Shown here piece after piece: positions 57,622 to 64,000 of a stretch of 64,000 nt of DNA. The stretch's first letter is position 1, and each line of letters begins with the position of its first letter. This DNA is from Vulcanimicrobiota bacterium. Lineage in GTDB: Bacteria; Vulcanimicrobiota; Vulcanimicrobiia; Vulcanimicrobiales; Vulcanimicrobiaceae. Under the pieces are notes generated by a model. It was given only the letters and a program-made list of their open reading frames with translations. It was not told where the DNA came from and ran no database searches. The position numbers and the translations under genes were made by a program. Location of the stretch: assembly GCA_963723515.1 (NCBI GenBank), contig CAVRQT010000003.1, positions 768,001 to 832,000 of the forward strand, read 5' to 3'.

Positions 57622-59466
57622 TCCATGAAGTAGATAAAACACCCTTTCAACCCTCGGGTGAGCAATACACGGTACGTGTTCTTTATTAAATTAATGAAGG
57701 TTTCAGGAAGAGCTTGCTTTACCGCCGAGTCGTGTGACGCGGCTTTGACCCCTTTCCATCCGCCTTCTGAAGGACGGTACACCAGATCCATACCCCAGAT
57801 CACGCCGACATAATCGAACTCGAATCCCTGCGCCGTATAAATGCAGCCTATTTGATCAATGCCGTGCGGATCCGTTGCCCAGTAGTCGCTTTTCGGAATC
57901 GTACGGGGCAAGTAACAGACTCGGGCCTTGCGTTCCAAGGGCGCTTGTAATCACCGATGACGACATCGTCGACTAAGATGCCATCCTTTGCTCTTGACCA
58001 CTTCCAGCAGAAGCCAGCAGTCAGCCGAGCACTTTCGCGGTTCATGGCCTTTGTTTTGATTGCGCGCTCCAACTGCTCCGGGCTATCGAAGATTTTCAGC
58101 TGAAAGTCGCCAGCCGTATCGTATTCAAACTGATCTGTAGATCGAATATTGAGTAGTTCATCGACCCAGTCAATGAACTCGTCTGATCCGTTACAGCGGA
58201 ACTGCGCCTTGAGCTCCTGCTCCCTTAAATGTGCACCGGCCGTTATCGCAGCCTCACGAATTAACAACGACGACCCGACCTCTCCGGGACGTACAACTTG
58301 CTTGTCGTCGATGAAAAATACTGAGACTTTCGCCGCGCCTATCAACTCATCTATCTGGGTGCGCTGTGAACGCTCGCTTCGACGCGTAAAACGGTTGTTG
58401 CTCGATTCGCGAATCCGATGCGCCTCATCACACAGCAGCACATCTATGTCTCCGCGCTCAGTTGCGGCATAGCTATTGAAGTATTTCAGCTGCGCTGATG
58501 CCCGTTTACCGATGGCGCCTCGCAGATTGCCAGTAAAGGCGCGTAAGCCCGTCGCGTGCTGAACATTGTAATTTGCCTTCAGTAGATCCGCCATAACATA
58601 GAGACAATAACTGATTTGCCAGTGCCCGGGCCGCCTTTGATAATCACACCGTGCGCGGGTCGGTTTCAAGCGCTGGCCCGAACGGATATAACTGCTTTCC
58701 GGCTTCTGTAAATATCTTTTGGTAGGCGACCCGTTGTTCGCGCAATAACACGTACTCTTGCGCCTTTCCGTGAACCATTGTGGCCACGTGTTCCAATAGT
58801 TTTTTGCTAGGCGCATACGGACTCGACGTCACCCGCTCCAAGATTGCATCCCGTTGCCGCATGACAGACGATCATTGAGGAACTCCGCTAGTGTAGGACC
58901 GTCTGCCGCAGTAAACAAGGGCGTCTCAGTCACTATTCCTCGAAACTTCTCAGCAAGGAGCGCGGAACCCGGATCAGGTTGCAGATTATGAAGCCAGCTG
59001 CACGCCGCCAAGCCGACAGTTGGCTCCTCGTGAAAAACCGTTCGATTGTCACGTAGGTATTGTGCATAGTCGCGCGCTTGTACTGAGGGGTGCAGTTCTT
59101 CGCTTGGGCGCGGCCCATATTGGACAATGACACATTCTTCCTCTTCAGCCGGTTGCGCGTCAGACCACTGCTTCAATTAAAGGATTACGGCGTTCGGCTC
59201 ACCCTTGGTACTAATGCCCGTAACATGCAATCAAGGCGCAGCGACGTCAACGGCAATTGCATCTCGAGAATAACGCCGTGGTCTCTAAGGCCCGTCAAGC
59301 GCATCTGACTCGACAGCGCGTGTAGCGAATAGCGCCAGGAGTTTTGTTCAGACAGCGATGGTTCGTGATTGTAGTAATCGAGAAAGCTGACCCGCAGTCG
59401 ATCGACCAGCTGTCGCTCATCTTCTAAGCGATCGAAATCTTCTGCTGACCCCTTAAACAGCTCCAT
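57579..59466 (-). CDS. DUF2075 (Schlafen group 3-like) helicase-family protein (frameshifted)
   Basis: GGPGTGKS in shifted frame, DEAHRIR, QFRCNGS, GCIYTAQGFEFDY, NTYRVLLTRG. Confidence 0.85.
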
Positions 59467-59666
59467 TTTTGAACCTTTCTAATTAAAGATCGGCAGTTCA
59501 CGGCCGCGTTCATAATTAAACCCGAATAGTGGTGCAGTGCTGTATCCCGCGTCCTCAAATCCGGGCTGCAAGCCGCCGAAATACTGGCGGAGCACAAGGG
59601 CGCACGCCCGCCGCCCTTCGCTGTGGCGACAGCCTTTCCACCCATGTTGGTGGTTGGATCGTAGCG

Positions 59667-61040
59667 CTAGTGCACCAAGAGCAAGAGCGAAGCGCCATAG
59701 AGCGAGCGCGACGAAGCTAATTACGGTGAAGCCCATGACGCGGCGGATGCTGATGCCGGCGATCGCAATAATCGGTAGAGCCCAGAACGGCTGTATCATG
59801 TTCGCGACTTCTTCTCCCATCGCAACGCCCATGCTTGAAGCGGCTTGTGAAGCGTGCAGATGCACTGCCGCTGGAACCACAAACGGACCTTGCACCGCCC
59901 AGTGGCCGCCGCCGCTCGGAACAAATAGACTGATGATCACGGAAGCGATGTAACTCCAGAACGGCAGCGTCGCTGCGGTTGAAAAGGCGACAAAGCCTTG
60001 TGCGATGACGCCTGCGAGCCCGGTACCCGTCATCAACCCCATGATTCCGCCGTAAAGCGGATACTGCAGCATCAACGGTCCCGTGATGCTCGCCGCGTTG
60101 TTGACGGCTCGCACGTACGCGATCGGGCGCCAATGAAGCAGCAGCCCAAGGATTAGAAAGATGAAGATTACGGACTTAATGTCGAGCGCAAAGCCGGTCG
60201 TTGCCCATGTCACGACAATGTAGGCGATGCCCGCTGAAGGCAAGGATAAGATTCAGGATCCACGCATTCTCGAGCGCACTCGCGAAGGTTCGGCCCGATG
60301 ACGCAAGGTGGGGCCGGTTCATCTTCTCGACGCAAGCGCTCGGCGTCGGCGTAAACCGATGCGCTTGCCGGCGGCTGCATCAACGTGTAGATGATCGGAA
60401 TAGCGATCAGCAACACGATGACCGGCACGAGATTGAACGCCGTGAAGATCGACTGACTCAGCGGCACAATGGCGCCGGTTAGCTTGTGCACGATATTCAA
60501 GTTCGAGCCTGGCGTTGCTTGAGCGAGAGCAATCGAGCTTGAAAGGCCGCTCGCCCAGATTAAGAAGCCCGAGTACGCGGCGGCGACAAGCCAGCCGAAG
60601 TCGACGCGAACCCGTTTCGCAATTTCGCGAGCCATAAGCGCCGCCACGATTAATCCGAATCCCCAGTTCAGCCAGCAGGCGACGGCGGAGACGAGGAACG
60701 TGACGACGATCGCTTGACGCGGCGTCGTCGCGAACGACGCGATTGATTCGAGGGTGCGGCGAATCGGTTTCGCGTTCGCGAGCGCGTAGCCGGTCACGAG
60801 AATTAAGATCATCTGGAACGCGAATTCCAAGATGTTGAAGATTCCGGCGTACCAAGCGCCGAGGAGCTGCATCGGCGCGTGATGCGGCGCGAAGATTAGC
60901 GCGAGCACTGCGGTCAGCAGCGTTAGGAGCACAGCGAGCAGGTACGGGTCCGGCAGTATGCGTTCGAACAGCGCGACGAAAGCGCCGACGATCGCGCTTA
61001 ACGGCGAAGGGCGTTCTGCCACGTCTACATTGGTTGCCAT
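59667..61040 (-). CDS. atoE: Short-chain fatty acid transporter (AtoE/TIGR00366; frameshifted)
   Basis: LPDPY, FAFQM.LIL.TG, NWGFGL, QYPLYGGI, VPSGGG.W, QPFWALP. Confidence 0.85.
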
Positions 61041-61092
61041 GTTCGCGTGTTCGAACGGCGCGCGTCTAAGTCATACGCGCCAACCAATCACC

Positions 61093-61450
61093 CTTCGATG
61101 CTTCGACGCCGCTCAGCACAGGCGCACTGCTCAGGGTGACACAGTGGCAAGACACTCCTCAGCCACAGCGCGCATATGGGCACGATCACGGCGGCGCTTC
61201 GACAAGCTCAGGGTGACACAGTGGAAAGACGCTCGTTGGTCCTTACGATCCCACTGCATTATCGCGGCGCTTCGACTAGCTCAGCGTGACAGGGGCACGC
61301 ATGATTGCCGCTTGCCATCCTTCGACAAGCTCAGGATGACACTGGGGCTGCTTTGTTCGTTCCGATCACGGTGGCGCTTCGACAAGCTCAGCGTGACAGG
61401 GGCACGCATGATCACCGCTTGCCATCCTTCGACAGGCTCAGGATGACACT
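61093..61450. repeat. Array of REP-like direct repeats
   Basis: CTTCGAC(A/T)(A/G)GCTCAG(G/C)(G/A)TGACA at 61197, 61270, 61320, 61377, 61427 plus degenerate upstream copies. Confidence 0.88.
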
Positions 61451-61478
61451 GGGACTACCTTATTCGAGGGCCGTAGGC

Positions 61479-61509
61479 TTGACATTATAATACTATACCG
61501 TTTAGTATT
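61479..61509 (+). promoter_or_regulatory. TetR promoter with overlapping operator
   Basis: TTGACA-18-TAGTAT; inverted repeat AATACTA-7-TAGTATT. Confidence 0.7.
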
Positions 61510-61515
61510 GTAATT

Positions 61516-62100
61516 GTGCAGCGGAAGTCAACGCGCGGGAGGCCGCGTGATATCAGGCTTGACGATCGCATTGTGGCCGCGACGCTGGGATTGATTTCCG
61601 AACGCGGGCTTAGCGGGATGGCGATGGATGAAGTTGCCGCCCGGAGCGGCGTCAGTAAAGCGACCATCTACCAGCGCTGGCCGTCAAAGGACGCGCTGGT
61701 TCTTCATGCCCTGCGGCAACTGCAGCTCCATCTCCCGAAACTTAAGTCCACGAATCCACGCACCAATTGCATCACGCTTCTGCGAGACGCAATCGATATG
61801 GACGATGGCCATCCGGCGGAACGGATCCTTGCGCGCGCAATCGCGGAATTACCCGATCATCCGGATCTCGCACCGATCTTGCGTGCTCGAATCGTCGATC
61901 CGCGACGTGACCTCTGCACTCAACAACTCGAACGCGCGATCGCAAAACGCCAACTCTCAAAGCGGACCGATATTCCGCTCGCTGTCGATCTTCTGACCAG
62001 CCCGATCTTCTTCCGCCGTTTGATCAACGCCAACGGCGATCTCAAAAAGGCGCTACCCGCAAAACTCGTCGACGCCGTTTGGAAGGCGTTCAAAAACTAA
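61516..62100 (+). CDS. TetR/AcrR family regulator
   Basis: RGRPR, G...MDEVAARSGVSKATIYQRWPSK. Confidence 0.93.
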   Translation: MQRKSTRGRPRDIRLDDRIVAATLGLISERGLSGMAMDEVAARSGVSKATIYQRWPSKDALVLHALRQLQLHLPKLKSTNPRTNCITLLRDAIDMDDGHPAERILARAIAELPDHPDLAPILRARIVDPRRDLCTQQLERAIAKRQLSKRTDIPLAVDLLTSPIFFRRLINANGDLKKALPAKLVDAVWKAFKN

Positions 62101-62115
62101 ACCAACGGAGGATCT

Positions 62116-62235
62116 ATGTTTATCGTTACACTGCTCGTTCTCTCGGTCTTCATCGGTTACAAACTGCTCAGTGCCATGCCGCAGCTACGGGCGCGGCGTC
62201 GTGACGACGATGGGAGTCCGCCGGGGATGTGGTGA
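62116..62235 (+). CDS. Unannotated 39-aa single-TM protein
   Basis: GGAGGA RBS; MFIVTLLVLSVFIGYKLLSAMPQLRARRRDDDGSPPGMW. Confidence 0.55.
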   Translation: MFIVTLLVLSVFIGYKLLSAMPQLRARRRDDDGSPPGMW

Positions 62236-62670
62236 GCCCGTATACATCGGGCGCGGTGTCACCACAGGTTCCGCTGTGAACACCGTTGTCGGCCTGACGT
62301 GCGGCGCGAGTTGTTCGTTCGGCCGCATCGTGCGCAGCGGCGCCGGCCCAAGACACTCGACGTACAATTTGCGTGAATCGAGGTCGTAACTCACACGCGC
62401 GCCGAGCAAACGCAACGTTGGAGCGACCGCAACATAGTAACCTTGTAGTGTTGCTGGCTCGATAACGCCGGTGAAAATGCGCGCGACACGACCATCGCGC
62501 CGAATCACCATCACGTCCCGCCGATAACTAATCCGATCCGCACAACGCGTCACGAACGGAATGACGGGCGCCATAATCCGCGCATGCAGCAGATATGGAT
62601 GATTGTACGATTGCACCGGCGCACCGCCGATGATAATCGTAATTGGAATCGCGGCAAGTGGGGAAATCAC
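62185..62670 (-). CDS. Hypothetical protein, possible copper-amine-oxidase N-terminal-like domain
   Basis: RIMAPV, YVAVAP.LR.LGARVSYD; Pro-rich tail. Confidence 0.5.
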   Translation of the reverse strand: MISPLAAIPITIIIGGAPVQSYNHPYLLHARIMAPVIPFVTRCADRISYRRDVMVIRRDGRVARIFTGVIEPATLQGYYVAVAPTLRLLGARVSYDLDSRKLYVECLGPAPLRTMRPNEQLAPHVRPTTVFTAEPVVTPRPMYTGSPHPRRTPIVVTTPRP

Positions 62671-62696
62671 GGTCCAGCCGCGATATACCGCATCGA

Positions 62697-63533
62697 ATGA
62701 GACGGCTCATCTTCGCCTTTCGAGAAGCCGGCCTGCGGTTCTCACGCGACGGATGCGCCTTCTTAGCGCAGGCGATTGCCTACAACGCGCTCTTCACGCT
62801 CTTCCCGCTCGTGGTTCTTTCAATCACGATCGCGTCGCTGTTCTTTCCGGATAGCCAACAGCGCGTCTTGAGCTTCGTCGACACGCTTGCGCCATCACTG
62901 CACGACTTCATCGCGCAAAATCTTAGCAATTATCTCGGCGGACGCGCTGCGTCCAGCATTATCGCGGTCCTCTTCCTCATTTGGTCGGGCAAGAATCTCT
63001 TCTTGACACTTGCCTACGCGCTCGATCGCGCGCTTGGCGTGCCCAAAGGGCGGCCCCTGGTCCACGACATCGCACTATCGCTGGTCATGTTGCCGCTCGT
63101 CGGCATATTGCTTCTTGTCGCGATGACGCTGCCGATTTTGATTTCGATTATCGTCGCGCTCATCACCCTCCCCGATCAAGCGTTCGTCACGCGGCTTCTC
63201 GGCTACGGCGCGTCACTGCTGATCGTCTTTGTACTGACGATCATCATGTATACGTTCTTGCCGAACCGCCGGGTCATTTGGCACTTCGCCGTGCCGGGCG
63301 CATCGTTTGCCGCCTTGACATGGCCTGCGGTGCAATATCTCTTCGAGCAATACACGACGCACGTCAATTTTACGCACGTCTACGGCGCACTCTCGGCGCC
63401 GCTCGCGCTACTGCTCTGGTTTTATCTTATGGGATCGATCTTTCTCTTTGGTGCGCAATTGTGCGCGGGCTGGGCGCATGTCAAAGGGACGATGAAAGTT
63501 GCACCGATCGTCGATGAAGTCGCCGCTCAGTAA
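62697..63533 (+). CDS. YihY/BrkB family membrane protein
   Basis: AQAIAY.ALFTLFP, YTFLP, PGA, YGAL...LLWFY..IFLFGA. Confidence 0.9.
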   Translation: MRRLIFAFREAGLRFSRDGCAFLAQAIAYNALFTLFPLVVLSITIASLFFPDSQQRVLSFVDTLAPSLHDFIAQNLSNYLGGRAASSIIAVLFLIWSGKNLFLTLAYALDRALGVPKGRPLVHDIALSLVMLPLVGILLLVAMTLPILISIIVALITLPDQAFVTRLLGYGASLLIVFVLTIIMYTFLPNRRVIWHFAVPGASFAALTWPAVQYLFEQYTTHVNFTHVYGALSAPLALLLWFYLMGSIFLFGAQLCAGWAHVKGTMKVAPIVDEVAAQ

Positions 63534-64000
63534 GTGATTATCTTCATTCACGGCTCCGGATTCACCGGTGCTATCTTCCGGGATCAAGTTACAGCCTTTG
63601 CAAACAGCATCGCGCCGAACTTGCCAGGCCACGCATCACATGGCAGCGCGAAGAGCGTTTCAGAGTTCGGTGACTTCATCGGAGCCTTTATCAAAGAGCA
63701 CAAACTCCACGACGTCACATTGTGCGGCAATTCGCTCGGCGGTGCCGTTGCGCTTGATGTTGCCTTGCGAAAGAATCCGGTCGTCCGCTCCATTGTGCTG
63801 CTGGGCTCCGGGGCGCGGCTGCGCGTTGCGCCCGCCATTCTGAACGGACTCCGCGATGATTTCGAACCGACAATTAATGAAGTGGCCAGAATGCTCTATG
63901 CCGACCCATCCGAAGAGCAGATTGCGTACGCCGTTGCGGCGATGCGTCGCGTTGGCGCTAGCCAGACGTTAGCGGATTATGAGGCCTGCAACGCCTTCAA
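63534..64000 (+). CDS. Alpha/beta hydrolase (partial)
   Basis: GTG start; FIHGSG, NLPGH, GNSLGG nucleophile elbow (manual translation). Confidence 0.85.
   Translation, partial: MIIFIHGSGFTGAIFRDQVTAFANSIAPNLPGHASHGSAKSVSEFGDFIGAFIKEHKLHDVTLCGNSLGGAVALDVALRKNPVVRSIVLLGSGARLRVAPAILNGLRDDFEPTINEVARMLYADPSEEQIAYAVAAMRRVGASQTLADYEACNAF

Noticed and set aside
1567..61040. Programmed frameshifting or true pseudogenes
   Set aside because: Breaks are too numerous and scattered across unrelated genes; sequencing error is more parsimonious.
61093..61450. CRISPR array
   Set aside because: Spacers are duplicated and uneven, the unit recurs in both orientations at three other loci, and no cas genes are in the window.
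60958..61490. ORFs spanning the repeat array
   Set aside because: Translations of the repeat (FDKLRVT) rather than genes.

Overview
GC-rich bacterial chromosomal window. Gene content and style suggest a soil diderm such as Eremiobacterota, but this is inference only. About 20 genes carry single-base frameshifts, most likely long-read indel errors. Contents in order: start of the str operon (rpsL-rpsG-fusA); an adenylate cyclase-ATPase-TPR protein; two DUF3311+SSS transporter pairs; a split 2-aminobenzoyl-CoA/salicylyl-CoA (abm-type) catabolic cluster; gadB-gabT; repair genes; a TonB-receptor-like gene with an unusual duplicated C-terminal domain, behind a Spy-like/RR/HK operon; a BNR/VPS10 protein; a RES-antitoxin pair; DnaQ, TM0106 and DUF2075 nuclease/helicase genes; AtoE; TetR; and a dispersed REP-like repeat family. 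Two candidate undescribed systems stand out. (1) A MalT-like ATPase/TPR/LuxR regulator is followed by a palindromic box, an unannotated 24-aa peptide ORF with a strong RBS, and an HD-GYP gene, and faces twin small Cys lipoproteins; this may be a peptide signalling circuit. (2) A duplicated head-to-head module pairs a lipoprotein with a membrane protein carrying two PmoC/AmoC-like D-x3-H...H metal motifs, without pmoA/pmoB.
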